Part shown: piece by piece, positions 37,874 to 51,205 of the stretch
Layout: every line of letters begins with the position of its first letter
Numbering within the stretch: position 1 is the stretch's first letter
From: Seison nebaliae
Lineage: Eukaryota
NCBI GenBank assembly: GCA_023231475.1
Contig: JALJEE010001605.1
Span: 62,001-126,000, forward strand
Direction of reading: 5' to 3'
DNA length: 64,000 nucleotides
Notes under the pieces: generated by a model
Told to the model about the DNA's origin: nothing
What the model saw: only the letters and a program-made list of their open reading frames with translations
The model's database searches: none
Position numbers and translations under genes: made by a program

Positions 37874-38307
37874 TTTTTGCGCTTCAAGTTGAGAAGGCCT
37901 GAACGATATCGATACGGCTGATGAAAATGAAGAATTCAGCAACTAAATTCATTCATTAATTCAATGGATGAATTTAGTTTGACATCAGTCGTATCGCAGG
38001 CCTTCTTTCAATGTTGCTTGTAGCATATTTGAAATTGTGGTGGACAGTTCATTCACCTAAAAACAGCCTTTGGATCGGAGAAAATCATCATGGTTGTAGA
38101 AAGTTCTTCAACATTTCCACCAACAAATAACGCTGTCAGCATTTTACATTCAATTGTTTACTGTTATAAAAATTTACCTAACTTCTTCACCAAAACCTAA
38201 TTTTTGGGCGTATGTACTTTCCTGACGGCACAACGATGGTCCACATGTCTCACCCAACGTAGAGATCTCCTACCACTTACTGTAAAGATGGAGATCGAGC
38301 AAAAAAA
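37874..38307 (+). ncRNA. Candidate structured non-coding RNA, family unassigned
   Basis: At least six nested or adjacent helices whose mismatches are G-U pairs on the + strand. A terminal stem closes the region, an AATTTTTGG Sm-like motif is present and there is no long ORF. Confidence 0.6.
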
Positions 38308-41300
38308 TCTCAATTTATCCCGTCGAGAATTTAAATTAAAAGAAAAACATTAGATCCGTTAAACATTCTACGATGAAATAGAATCATACTTTCTATTTAT
38401 CTTTTATTTTTTTCTTTTTTCAATTTTTTAAAATATTTATATTTTCTATAATAAAAGATCTTTCATATTTTGCTTTTGCTAATAAATGTTTGAAATAATT
38501 TAGGTTCTACTCAATATAATTCACAATAATGGACAATTACTGGACATTACTGTGGAAAATATAATTGAGATCGGAATCTTGTGACATTTTTCATAAGAGT
38601 ATTTGTTCTAGAGTTTTCGGTTTTTTCTTTCCTTCAGAAATAATTACTTAAACATTTTGTAATTAATAGTGAAAAATTTTCTACTTACTACTCGCTACTC
38701 TACAACATCTTAGAAATATTAATTAAAATTAATATAATTATAATAATATAATTTATAATAATCAACATTAGAAAGTATTTTCAATTAAGTGAGAAAAAAC
38801 TAAATTTACAAGATGAATTAAAGATTAGATGATCTAATTTTTGGTAATGTGTATTCTTTGACTGCGCTTAAAAATGCACAAATTTTTCAAAAAAACACGT
38901 AAACACAATGCGTAAGTTAAAATTTACCTAAGAAACTAATTGATCAGATTCGAGGCTCTGGTTCAAGCTCTTCAGAATCTGAAGTTCAGATTCTTCAAAT
39001 ACTTCCATCACCGCGGTAAATTCTTTACTATCATAATAGTTTATGTAAATAAACACTTAAGTTAAATCTACTCATTAACTATTGTTGTGTTTTTATAGAT
39101 TTACGTGTAAAGCACATAAATCATTGAAATTTATGTATAAATCATTAGTATGTAAAGCTGATTCTCACAATATCAATGCCAGACATATTTTTATGTTTTT
39201 TAAGTTTTTATAGTTCGTTCTTAATTCTAATCGTTCATAAGAAGTATATTATAATAACAAATTTTTACTTCCCAAGAATTTAAAATAATATTTGTTACAT
39301 TGTTAAAGAATCTATACAAGCAAGTTATGATATCAAAAAATAATTTTACCAGTTATTTCTGAACAGAAATCCATATAATAACATTAAACATTTCGTATTG
39401 TAAGTCAAATCAGAACAAATTTTAAAAAATCATATCGGTTCAACTTGTATTTAAAAAACGATTCACAACGACGTTCGTTTATACCACGTTATGGCTACAA
39501 TCTCAATAGGTTAGTTCTTTTACGTTATTCACTGTTAATTCAACAACTTGATTAGAGAAGGTGAATTTAACAAAATTGAAGTTATTTCCAACAGATTTTC
39601 TACTGCTCAAACGTTATTCGTATTGTATTCTATTCAACGTAGAAAATCAAATCGGTAACACACTAAACTTCGTATTAAACGGAAGAATTTTATTGCCCTA
39701 AAGACCAAATTATTAAGTAAAGAATCTACTATCTACTATAATTCCTTATTATCTATCTGATCCTCTATTTTTTATCTAACGAATTATTGTCATTATATAT
39801 TACAATTTGTCATCTTCAAAATTCATTTCTTCAAATGTGTAAGTATTTTTTTATGTTGAGGAAATCAATTTGATCATTAAAAATGTCAATTTCCATTTGG
39901 CTTCACTAGATCCAAAAATAATTTTTTTTTTGGTGATTTTAATGTATATCATCTGGAATTAATGAAACATTCTATTATGAACAAATGTCCACCACTAATA
40001 TGTGCCGATATTATGTTATGCAATCAGAACTTTGTGTCATTTACATGTGCGAGATGCGTATTTTGGATTGATCCTTATTTAATCTCACGAAATATCATGA
40101 ATTCTATGGTACGCTGTGAGATAAATAATTTTGATTTTCTCTTTTCCGATGATGTTTTCTGGATGCTTCTGGTAGATATTAATTATGGTATTGAGAAAAG
40201 TTGTTAGACAGAGTGATGTCCATGAGAATCATATTCGTTTCATTGAACATCTCTCTAAGGAGTCATGCGAGTCAAGTGAAAGTGAACCAATAGGCAGGAA
40301 GTGAGTTCTGTATAAATAAGAGTGTAAGACAGGGTTGTATTATGGCACCTTGGTTGTTCGGGAAGATCATACACAAGGTTATCGATCTAATTAATCTTCG
40401 AGTTTCTTTCATTCTTGATGGTAAGCGTTATCCGGCACTCCATGCATATGTGGATGATATGGTGATAAGTTGGAAATAGTAAGGAAATTCTCCACGTTAT
40501 GATAGAGCTAATTTGAGAAAAACTTGGATTATGTGGTATAAAGTGTATGCAAGATATACAATTCCGTACATTTATTCCTCTTAACAAATACAAATGTAAT
40601 GTTAGCAAATCTCTTAGCCGAATGACTTCCATAATCCATATCGTTGAACAACCGGTAAAAATGAATATTATTATTAGACACATAATTATATGTCTAATCA
40701 TCAAAAGAAAAAACATATTTATATGAAATAAAGAACTGATGTGAATAAGGATTGAAAATTTTTTATAAGAATGATAGTTTTTAACTATTATTGACACAAA
40801 TTATACTCTCATATAAGCAATTGTCTAAAATAATATATCTACACAAAACTATTCAAGTAGTTTTCGATTATCTTTACAAGATCCGAAACTAGATCTGTTT
40901 GTATTTCATTCTTCGATAATTCTATTGAAATTATTTGATTGAGACCTCCCAAACCATTTTTTGGCAGTGCATTATCAATGGTGTTAAGATTTTCAAGAAT
41001 TCGATTTTTAAGTTTTGAAATAAAGTGATTTGTTAAATCGATTCTGTCTTGATAAGCGGCTCCTTCCATTTGACAATTTGTGAGTTAGACAATTATTGGT
41101 TGTTGTAAAAGAAGCAAGAAAAACTTTGTTTATTTGGATCCACAATCTCTGTTATTCTTTTCAATATTTCACTTTGAACTTCATCGATAGTCGTATTATT
41201 TATTAAATTGCTTATATTATCATCCGTTTCAGAACCTTCTGTTTTAATTGGCATTTTTGAATATTTTTAAAATTTTTTCACTGTTGTAATTTATTGAATT

Positions 41301-41630
41301 TATCTTCTCTTTCAAATCAGACCGAAAATTTGGGAAAATTAAAGTGAATAAAACCGATAGGTATATGGAAATAATTAAAAACACCATTTCCAATTGAAGC
41401 TCTAATGTTTTATTGTATTTATTATTATATTATATTATATTATATTTCTTCTTCAAATTATTTTTCGAATGATAACTTCACTTTTTAATGATCTCGAAGT
41501 TAAATTTATTAATTACAGTATTTCTACTAATTGTTGACTGACGATGGAAAAAGAAAAAAAACTTATTAAAACTGTCAATTTGTTGGCTTATAAATTTTTG
41601 GAATATTTTCAAATCTTAAAAGGAACTTAA

Positions 41631-42116
41631 ATGGCTAACACAAATGATGAAGATTCTGTGACCCTCCACACAAGTATGGGAGCAATTACGGTTGAATTAT
41701 ATTGGAATGAAGCACCGAAAACTTGTCGGAATTTCGTAGAATTATCGCGAAAGAAATATTATGATAATTGTAAGTTCCATAGAATCGTTCGTAATTTCGT
41801 TATTCAAACTGGAGATCCTACCGGTACAGGTCGTGGAGGTACATCCATTTATGGGAACACTTTCAAAGATGAAATTCATTCGTCTCTTCATCATAATGGT
41901 GGAGGAATAGTATCGATGGCGAATTCGGGACCAGATACAAATGCATCTCAATTCTTCATTAGTTTAGCTCCGTGTAAGTGGCTAGATGGAAAACATACGA
42001 TATTTGCTCGTGTACAATCGGGAATGAAGATCGTCCGACAAATCGGTTTAGCTGAAACTCGAAATGATGATTCACCAATTGATGATATTATAATTCATTC
42101 GACGACAATTAATTAA
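41631..42116 (+). CDS. PPIL1: Peptidyl-prolyl isomerase-like 1 (spliceosomal cyclophilin)
   Basis: TSMGAITVELYW..APKTCRNF, GDPTGTGRGGTSIYG, SMANSGPDTNASQFFISLAP and WLDGKHTIF. Confidence 0.95.
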   Translation: MANTNDEDSVTLHTSMGAITVELYWNEAPKTCRNFVELSRKKYYDNCKFHRIVRNFVIQTGDPTGTGRGGTSIYGNTFKDEIHSSLHHNGGGIVSMANSGPDTNASQFFISLAPCKWLDGKHTIFARVQSGMKIVRQIGLAETRNDDSPIDDIIIHSTTIN

Positions 42117-42185
42117 AATTCCAATTAAAAACTTTTTCCAAATTTTTCTTTCATTCTTAGAAATTTCAATGATTATTTTTGTCAA

Positions 42186-43109
42186 ATGAATAAGAATATT
42201 CAATTGACTTGGCCCGCTCCACCTTTTCTTTACTACAGAAAATATACAAGAGAAAATGTGGAAAAAGGAAAAGCTCCAAAACCTCCAAAAATTCCAAAAG
42301 TTAAAAATAATTTTTAGAAATATTTAATAAATTTTTAGAAAACATATCGATCGTTCGGTGGCGAGTTTAAAATGTGGACGAAAAAAGATGAGGAAGTTAA
42401 AAAAGAACCACAAGACGTAGCAGATAAGGAAGAATATCTCATTCGTCCACTTTCATTACAACCAGGAATTAGTCGTCTTTATGACCGAAACACATTTGAT
42501 CCTCGAAAAGAATTAAAGAAAATTCTTCATTCAATCGTTCTCAAATATTTGGATTTGGTTAATGTTTTAGCAAATGGTCCACGATGTCTAACGAATGAAA
42601 AGAATGAAGAAGAAACGACGAAAGAGGAAGAAAGTTCTATAGAAGATGTTCTGAATCAAAAAAAACATTTCGATAAAGATGATGCTCATTTAATTGAAGC
42701 TATGATGAAATTACGAATCGAAAAATTCAGTTGTTTACCACTCTGTCAATTTACTGGAACGATCAGACAAAAGATTTTGGATGAACTCAAATGGTATTTC
42801 ATTCATTTCCATCATATCGTCAATGAACTACGACAACATCAAGCATTCAATTCACTTGTGTTAACATCACGAATTAATAATAAGAAACATAGTGAAATGT
42901 ATGAACGATTTCATCATTTCTTAGAGAATCTCATCAAATCCACTACACAATTAGCAAGACTGGCTATTAGGAATAGTTCGGAAATTGAAAAAAGATTTGC
43001 CGATATATCTCAAGAGAAAGATGTTGAAATTGATCAGCATATTAATGAAGACAATTTTCATGATATTATCAATAAAGACGTAGAGATGAAAATGGAAAAG
43101 AATGAATAA
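42186..43109 (+). CDS. MED7: Mediator subunit 7 (2 exons)
   Basis: WPAPP..YT.EN..APKPP, IRPL..GISRLY, ELKKILHSIV..YLDL and FIHFHHIVNELRQHQA. 39-nt intron at 42300-42338. Confidence 0.92.
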
Positions 43110-43531
43110 TGTATTTTCTTTTTACTTTCGTTTTCTTCTTTTGTCAACTATAAAAAAATTTGTATCTTCTCAATAAATCCAATAAGATTCAATAACGTTG
43201 AAGAATCCAATTGAAGAACGTTGAAAAAGAATAAAAATAGAAATAATTTTCATTAAAATTTTAAATAATAATTTTGAAAAAATTTTAAATAAGTTTTAAG
43301 ATTTATCTAGATTTCTTATAAATTAGTTGACTGAAATAAAAATTAATTTTTTTAAAGAATTTTCTTTCTAATATAATTAAGTGTAGGCTTATTGACCGAC
43401 ATCTATCTAATTTCAACACATCATTGGTCAGGAATTGTTCAGACATATTTTCCGTACGTTCTATCTCCATTGACCATGTCAAGATAATTTAATTTATTCA
43501 TCTGATAAATGTTTTATAAATAATTCAACTA

Positions 43532-44575
43532 ATGTTCCTTTCAACCAATCCACTTTCTAACTCGGTAATATTACTCTTATGCTTTTTTTCAATTATTCAA
43601 AAATCTTTTGCTTCACTGGGTGATCGAACGACAATTTATGGACATTCTCTTAGAGAATGTTTGAAAAATTATTGTGATAGAAATGGAACATATTTTGGGA
43701 ATGTAAGAGAATTGAATAAGAGAACTGATATCGTCTCTCCATATGATGTTTGCAAATTGATCGGATGGAGTTGCGACGACGAATGTCACCATTATTCGAT
43801 GTGGTCGACGGTGAAGATGTTTGAAGAGAATGAAGAAACAGTTCCACAATTTCGTGGTAAATGGCCGTTTTATCGAATTGTCTGTATGCAAGAGCCGACA
43901 TCAACCATCTTCTCCTTATTCAATGGAATTGCACATTTATATTTGATTATTCGATATCGTTCACGATTCTCTTCTTCCATTCATTGTTCCCTCATCAAAT
44001 TCTGGACATTCTACGCAATTGCCAATATTAATGCATGGACATGGAGCATCATTTATCATACGAGAGAAACAAGTTTAACTGAACGACTCGATTACATCTT
44101 CGCCTTCTCCATCACATTACTTCTATTTTATTCTTTCATTTATCGAATTTCAATTTCTGTTCAACTATCCAAATTACAAGAACGATTATTCTCAATATTC
44201 ACTTATTTTATACTTTTCATCTTCGCTCTTCGTTCATATTCTCTCTTATTCAATCGATCGATTGATTATGGAACTAATCTCAAATATTGTGTAGCAACAT
44301 CAGCTCTCTGTTGTTTGAGTTGGTTAACTTGGTCATATGTAACATCGAAGAATCATCGACGGAAACGTTATAGAAAACGAGCAACTCAAGCCATACTCTT
44401 ACTAGTTTTTGCAAGTCTTTCTGAAATTTTAGACTTCTCCTCATCCAACACATCATATATGTTAGACGCACATGCATTATGGCATCTTCTAACTATTCCT
44501 GTCACTTTCATCTGGTACGATTTTCTCGAATTAGATTCAAATTATTTATTATTTACTAATATGCATTCCCACTAA
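43532..44575 (+). CDS. PGAP3: Post-GPI attachment to proteins factor 3 (Per1 family)
   Basis: ASLGDR, GWSCDDECHH..MW, QFRGKWPF, QEPTSTIFSLFN, HTRET..TERLDY and DAHALWH. Confidence 0.96.
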   Translation: MFLSTNPLSNSVILLLCFFSIIQKSFASLGDRTTIYGHSLRECLKNYCDRNGTYFGNVRELNKRTDIVSPYDVCKLIGWSCDDECHHYSMWSTVKMFEENEETVPQFRGKWPFYRIVCMQEPTSTIFSLFNGIAHLYLIIRYRSRFSSSIHCSLIKFWTFYAIANINAWTWSIIYHTRETSLTERLDYIFAFSITLLLFYSFIYRISISVQLSKLQERLFSIFTYFILFIFALRSYSLLFNRSIDYGTNLKYCVATSALCCLSWLTWSYVTSKNHRRKRYRKRATQAILLLVFASLSEILDFSSSNTSYMLDAHALWHLLTIPVTFIWYDFLELDSNYLLFTNMHSH

Positions 44576-44886
44576 TTTCTCTATATCATTCTTTTTATAA
44601 TTTGATAAATAAGATATAATTTCTTTTTGAAATTGATCCGAAATGAAAAGAAAATTTTATAAATGGAATTTTGATGGAAAACAACTTATTTTTAATTTAG
44701 AAATTTTCTTTCTAATTCGTTTTTTTTTTCTGATAAAAATAAATATAAAGAGCGAATGAATGATATAGAATACATAGTAAACCACGTAAAATTTTAGAAA
44801 TTTGAGTTATTAAATTAATGAAATGATAAAATTCTTCATTTATTCCCAATTGGTAAGAATTCTTTCAATTTTATTACCCAGTTAGT

Positions 44887-47277
44887 TTAATGGGAAAACA
44901 TTTCTTGTTTTGTTTGTTTTATTGTTTCATTTTGTATCTCATTACAAAGTTGAATGTCCAAACAATTGAATTCGCGTTTAATTTGTTTATTTGGAGTTAA
45001 TCCGTTACAATTGATTTTATTACCATCATTTGACATTTCGTTCACTTTCAATTCAGCATTGTTCTTTCGCTTCAAATTCATTTTTGGCATTTTCCCCGTT
45101 TTTTCATTGAACATCTTCATTTTCTGTGATTTCAATCGTTTACCATTAACAATGTTATTAAACTCACGAAGATGAACATCATTTTCATTTAAAGGTGGTG
45201 GTGGTGAATTTTTTGAAACGTTTTGTTCTGAAAATTAAAGAAAATTGCATAGAAAAATAATGAAAAGATGAAACCTCTTTCATAAACATTGAGAAGTTGT
45301 GTCAAATAATTTTGAAGAGCTGTCAGACCAGCAACAATGGCTGGTGAACCAAATCCGTGAGTGATTAATGAGAAATGTGTTAGAGACTTCTGCATATTTT
45401 GTTCGAGAATCGGTTGGGGACGTGCGTTTCCCAAAGGTGATCGATCTTGATTTAATAGATCTGCTAATTCTCTTGTTATTTGTCTGGAGGATATTTATAG
45501 GAATTTTATGAAAAATAAAAAATCAATTAACTTTGTTGCTATGACCATATCGGATCTTGACATTCCATTCTCGTTTGGAATAACATTACTGGGACGATTC
45601 TTTGCAATGTAGTCAGCACATTGTTTCGCAGGAAATTCGTTCTCACAAACAAATCCAAAATCTCTCGCTAAATGAATTGCTTCACCTAAATTTGAAATAA
45701 TTATTAATTTTATAATAATTAAATTAATCTGAATATTTATGAAAAAATAACCTTCAACCAGAGATGTTAATAATGTGACTGTGGCAGCTTTGCGACGACC
45801 AGCTGGTAGATTTATACCCAATTTCTCCAATTTCTCTCTCAAAATCCTTCCACCGTTCTTCGATTTTGCTCGCCGAAGTACTCCGCCCAAAAGTGAAGCA
45901 TTCAAACATTCCGGTGGTGCTAATCGTCTTTCTACTTCTCCCAACGTCACTTTATATTTGGATGTGCTAGATAACAACGATAGACGACCAGGTACGTTGC
46001 AGAAAATGTCTGCAGTAATTTGTTGGTGAGGAATAGGATGATGGTGTGCTGCCAGAGGAAAAATGCCGCCGGGTATTATATTTTGATAATTATTTGTTAA
46101 CATCGAATTAATATAAGCCGAATTGAAGAATGTTTGCCATTCTCCAAACTCATCAATCGGATTATCATTATTATTATTATTGGTGTTATTGTTATTATTT
46201 GTACCGTTATTCAAAATATTTCCATTATTTGATAATTGCAAAGAACTATTATCATTATTATTATTATCGTTATTATTATTATTATTATTATTATTCGATA
46301 TACCATTCGTAACATTCATCAATGCTAATTGGAGACCATTCATCGAATTTCCATTATCTGTATTGTCATTATTATTGTTGTTGTTGGTAGTAGAATTATT
46401 AGGTGAATGATCATCATTAATAATATTATTCTGTTGTCCATTAGCGTGTTGTGGTTGTTCGTTAAATAAATTGTGGCAATTCATCATAACACCGGATTGC
46501 TGTAAATCGATTGGTGAAGGAAAATGTGGTAAAGATAAAGCGATTGAAGAATTAACTAAAGAATTATTCGTTAAATTATTTCCTAAAACGGCTGCGATAT
46601 TTGGTGGAAATATATTTGAAAGGAAATTATTTGGATCATTAAAATGTAATGGATTCTGGCCCGGATTTGATGGATTATTCGAACCATGTAACATTTCCAT
46701 CGAATTATTTTCATTAAAATTTTGATTGCAATTTAAACTGTCATTTGACAGAGGCAAATCGTCCTTCATATTCTCGTCAGAATTTAAATGCAATTTTTGA
46801 CTAATTGAAAATTGTTTCATTTCTTCATAATGTTGCTTATTTTTCGTGGGTGAATCATCATCAATGTCCGTCTCTTCCGTCTCCTCATCAGTCAGAAAAG
46901 GTAAACCATTTTGTTGTTGATTCGAATTGACAATCATCTTTTCATTCGATAAATATTCTTCAAATTTATTACCCTAAAATAATAAAATTAGAAATTTGAT
47001 TCAATTAGATTCTGAAGAGAAAACAATGACCAACAATTGAATTTGCATTATTATAATTGCCATCAAAATATTTCGTTGAAATATTCCTCAAAATATTATT
47101 TTTCAAAACTTTCTCATTGAGCATTCCTTCATCTTTCTTATCCTTCGGATTTTGTTTCAGATGTAATTTGAGGCAATTTCCAATGGAGAACTGTTTGAGT
47201 TGAATTGCTGACGCTTTCTCACGAATACAACGAAGATCATTCAGTTTATCAGGATGAAGTGATTCATCAAAATCCAT
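44887..47277 (-). CDS. TFAP2: Transcription factor AP-2 with poly-Asn tracts (5 exons; start uncertain)
   Basis: [60 protein letters not shown] and [12 protein letters not shown]. Confidence 0.96.
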
Positions 47278-50277
47278 CTGCTTATAATCGATGAAATGAA
47301 ACACATTAACAAAATCCCAAAAGCGTTCTCCTTTTATATGATCTCTTTCCTAACCAATCAAACAAACTATTTTTTTTGGAAGAGAATACTAATTTTACAT
47401 AACATAATCCACATAAACCGCAACTAAGTCAAACTTCGCCTATAGTGCCAGTAGAAGAATCGGTTGCAGGCTTTTACCTCAACTACAATAATATTATGAA
47501 AATGAAAGCGGAAAAAACATAGAAATTATTTGACTAAAAGCAAAATATGAAGAAGATTAGTTGACTTGTGAGAATAATTCTCTATAAAACGTTCTTTTAA
47601 TACGAATTCTATCCTTTTTCATATCCTCTACTTTCCATTCAATCTCTTACTTGTTCAACCGACAAGTTATATAATATTGTTTATTAACTTCGACAATAAG
47701 TTGGAAACTTGATATCATTTTCAATTTGTTCATTCATCTCAAGCAAATAATGTGTTCCATTCATCATAAAGTATTAGCAATCAATAAATGTTCTTTCAAC
47801 AACTCTATCGATCAATGGAAATAAATATGATCTGAACCGAAAATTGAAAAGAGAGAGACAGAGAGAGAGAGAGAGAGGGAGTAAATCATTGTGAGTTATG
47901 AAACAATCGATTCTTCCACATATATATTTCGTCTTTAAAAAAGAAATTTTCATTTGGTTAGAGATAGGAATTATGAGGAGAAAGTCAAATGAGAATTCTT
48001 TCTTATTCAAATTCATTTCTAAAGGCAAAACAAATTATTTGCCGGTTACCAATAAATTTGTATATGTGCATTTGCGTCCGATTCTATTCAATACCAATTC
48101 AACAACTATGAATACTACAATTAAAATAAGTTAAATAATTTACTATGATCACTGAAGCAAGAGGGAACGTTTTCATTCTCTATAACTTCTGTTCCAAATA
48201 CATACACATCCCTAATAACACCACTCAATGGGGAACACTATCGGTAGGAGTAGAACTATTAGACATATCGAAAAATTAAGGAATAACTCCTATCCAATCA
48301 AATCAGTGAGAGAATCAACAAATATATGCGGATTCAGCCTTTAGCATTTCACGAATTTAAGTTTAAATGAAGAATTGAGAGAAAACAATAGAAAAAGAAA
48401 TTTGATGAGATCATTGATTCTTAATACTTTCGTCTTTTTCCTTTTTATTATTCTTAACAATTTTCATATTTCCTTCCTACTTGTCATAAGTCTTTCATTT
48501 TCTGTTAATCCAACATGAGTTTGGAGAAGTAGCAATAGATGTGGAGGAAATATTAAAGCGGAAATCTCTCGGAAACAATGACTGGTACTTTTAGGGGTTT
48601 GGCAGAAGTATGGCAGAAGTATGGCAAATATTTAAATGTAAACTAATCACGATTAACGGATTTGACATAACGAACAAGATGGAGGAATGGTAAAGAAAAG
48701 CAAAGGAGAATTGAAAAATAAGAAGAAGATTAATTAATGTAGATGAACAGGAAGGGATCTAATAAAGAGGAAATATTGCTCTCGGCTTTCCAATCATTTC
48801 TTTATCTTCCAATTCTCCAATTTTTTCCAGAATTCTCCCCTAATCGGAATGAGTATACGTGAGGACGAAATGGATGGAAAGGTGTTATTTTAATGAGAAT
48901 AAATCTCTTCTAGGCATGCTATTATAAGAAAGGTGTCATAAATTAGCCATTGATATTTAGAGAAATGTCAATGTACGATAATAATGATCGTCTAATCATT
49001 TTCTACTTGAGCATTATCTCCCAGCCAAATTCATTATGAATCCTTAATCAACTAACTAATAAATAGTTGAATTATGATAATAGAAATTTATTAGAAAACA
49101 CCCAACAACCCAATAAAGACACCAATATAAATTTCTAAATAATATTTTCATATTTCTTTATTCGAACTATGTCGTTTTTGGGAGATAAAAAAAAATTCTT
49201 GGAATTATTAATTCAAACTTGTAACATCTATAAAATATTCGTCAAATGGTAAGAAAAGTTTAGTGGAAGATGGAATAAGGATTCTATTAAACTGAACTGA
49301 AGCATTAACTTCCATATAAACAATCGATTCATTCTAATTTATTAATTCCATAAATTCATCTGAATGTTAACTTTTTCACCATCAACTACCAAATGTGATT
49401 TGAGGAAAGCATAAACATTAGCCGATCTTCAATGGTATCTACAGATTTCTGAAAGGATTATTCCATTTTCTTCATGAATCCATTGTCATCGAACGATTCT
49501 CTACTATTAAATCAGATTTAAAAATTTATCGAACATAATTATAGATGTTGAACGAAGCGTTTAATTAATCTCAATGACAACTATAAAACATTTGAAGAAT
49601 GGAAAATTATATAAAAAACATTTTTCGGCATCCTATCATTTTCCGGAATAATTCAGGTGTGAAATGAAGTGACTCCCGAACACAACAAATTTTCACATCT
49701 TCCCAACACACTACAATTAAATTCATTCAAAGACATTTCATATCTTGAAGTCGGATAGTCTACGATCGAACAATTGTGAAGCTTTCAGTATTTTTAAGTT
49801 GATAGAACTTGAAAAATTTTTTATTTACAATTCTTCCTCAAACAATAATAGGTGAAAGAAATTGATCTTATATTAATTTTGTTATAATATCACGATTGAG
49901 AACGTGAATTATTTAAGAAATCTCATAAGTTTATTTTCTTTTACTATTGGAACTCTCTAAACACAGGAGGAAGGTCCCGATTATAAAATCCAAATCGATT
50001 GATCAAAAATAAAGAAAACAAAAGTCAATTAAGTCTCACCCATTCCTCCAACATATCACCCGTCCATTGTCTGTGTTTGTAGAAAATAAATAAAATTCTC
50101 CTTCTTTTTGATGTGAGGGCAATCGATAATTTCCATTTTATTTTAACAATCACATAACATTAAATTTTTTGGTTAAGAAAAGACAAATTAATTTATTATT
50201 GTTTTTGTCCAACATAGAAAATTGCCGAAAAATAAAATTCAGAAAACATTTATTAGAATTTACGAAGAATTTTGATC

Positions 50278-51019
50278 CTACTCGGTACATCTCTAGACAA
50301 AGGAATTGTTTAAATATAATGAAAAAATTTTTTAAAAATCTAACTAAAATTGCAGTGACCATATCACCACTCTCTTCTGTGAGGAATTTGCATGCCTTCT
50401 TCTTCGACACCTTTCCTTCCTCCATCACCATCTTCAATTCTTGTGCTGTGAACATTGGTTTGTCGTCTTTCATTGGAATTTCAATATCATCATCACTATC
50501 AACATCCGAATCATCATTATCTTTCTTTCCATCATCTTTCATGTCACCTGAATTTCCTTTTGGTTCGCTCATCATTTTTGTTGCTTTCGCTAAATCTTCT
50601 CTCATATAACGATTAGCGTCTAATTTGGATGTGGCATCTTCAATTTTCGCTTCACCAAAAACAATATATGAATCCATATTTGGTACTTTGTACACTTCAG
50701 CGTTTTTGATAGCGAACGCCGTTGCACCTGGTTTTCGAATAGTCACACAATTGTATTGGGGCAATTGTTGTGTCAAGAATTTAGCGAGTGTCTTTTTATG
50801 TTTCTTTTCACTTTTGTGCTTCTTTCGATTGCCACTCTTCTTCGAACGACCAGATTTCTGTTCCACATTCTCCTAAAATTTGAAAATTTTCATAAAAATC
50901 TTTTTATAAAATTTCAATGAAACTTTTGTATTTTCTACTTCGGACAATTTGGCTTCAAGATCTTCCAATTTGCCCGCGATCTCTTCCACATTATCCAAGC
51001 TTTCTTCTCCTTTTGCCAT
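50278..51019 (-). CDS. NACA: Nascent polypeptide-associated complex alpha-like (divergent), 3 exons
   Basis: NAC domain VTIRK..VYKVP..SYIVFGEAKIED and a C-terminal UBA-like segment ending GDMVTAIL. Confidence 0.82.
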
Positions 51020-51205
51020 CTTATTTTGAGAGAAAGATACAAATAGATTGAAACAAAATATTTAATTGATAAATAATGCAATTTTTATTAACAACAACGA
51101 GGTTAGATTGAAAATAATTTGAATAAATTTATCCAAAAAAAATTATAGAGATTAATTAAAATTTTTGAAATTCAAATTTTAAGCTTTGTAAATAGTGACA
51201 TTATT

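Noticed and set aside
37918..37945. CTGATGA suggesting a hammerhead ribozyme core or a snoRNA box C
   Set aside because: The motif is buried in a 14-bp helix, and I found no stem II plus GAAA core or terminal box D arrangement.
45775..46725. Antisense ORFs over TFAP2 (and similar ones over VPS35, PGAP3, NACA and thiolase)
   Set aside because: Shadow frames of real genes. The poly-Leu and poly-Tyr runs are just reverse readings of (AAT)n.
48600..48626. Tandem TGGCAGAAGTA repeat (about 2.5 copies)
   Set aside because: A short slippage duplication with no further structure.
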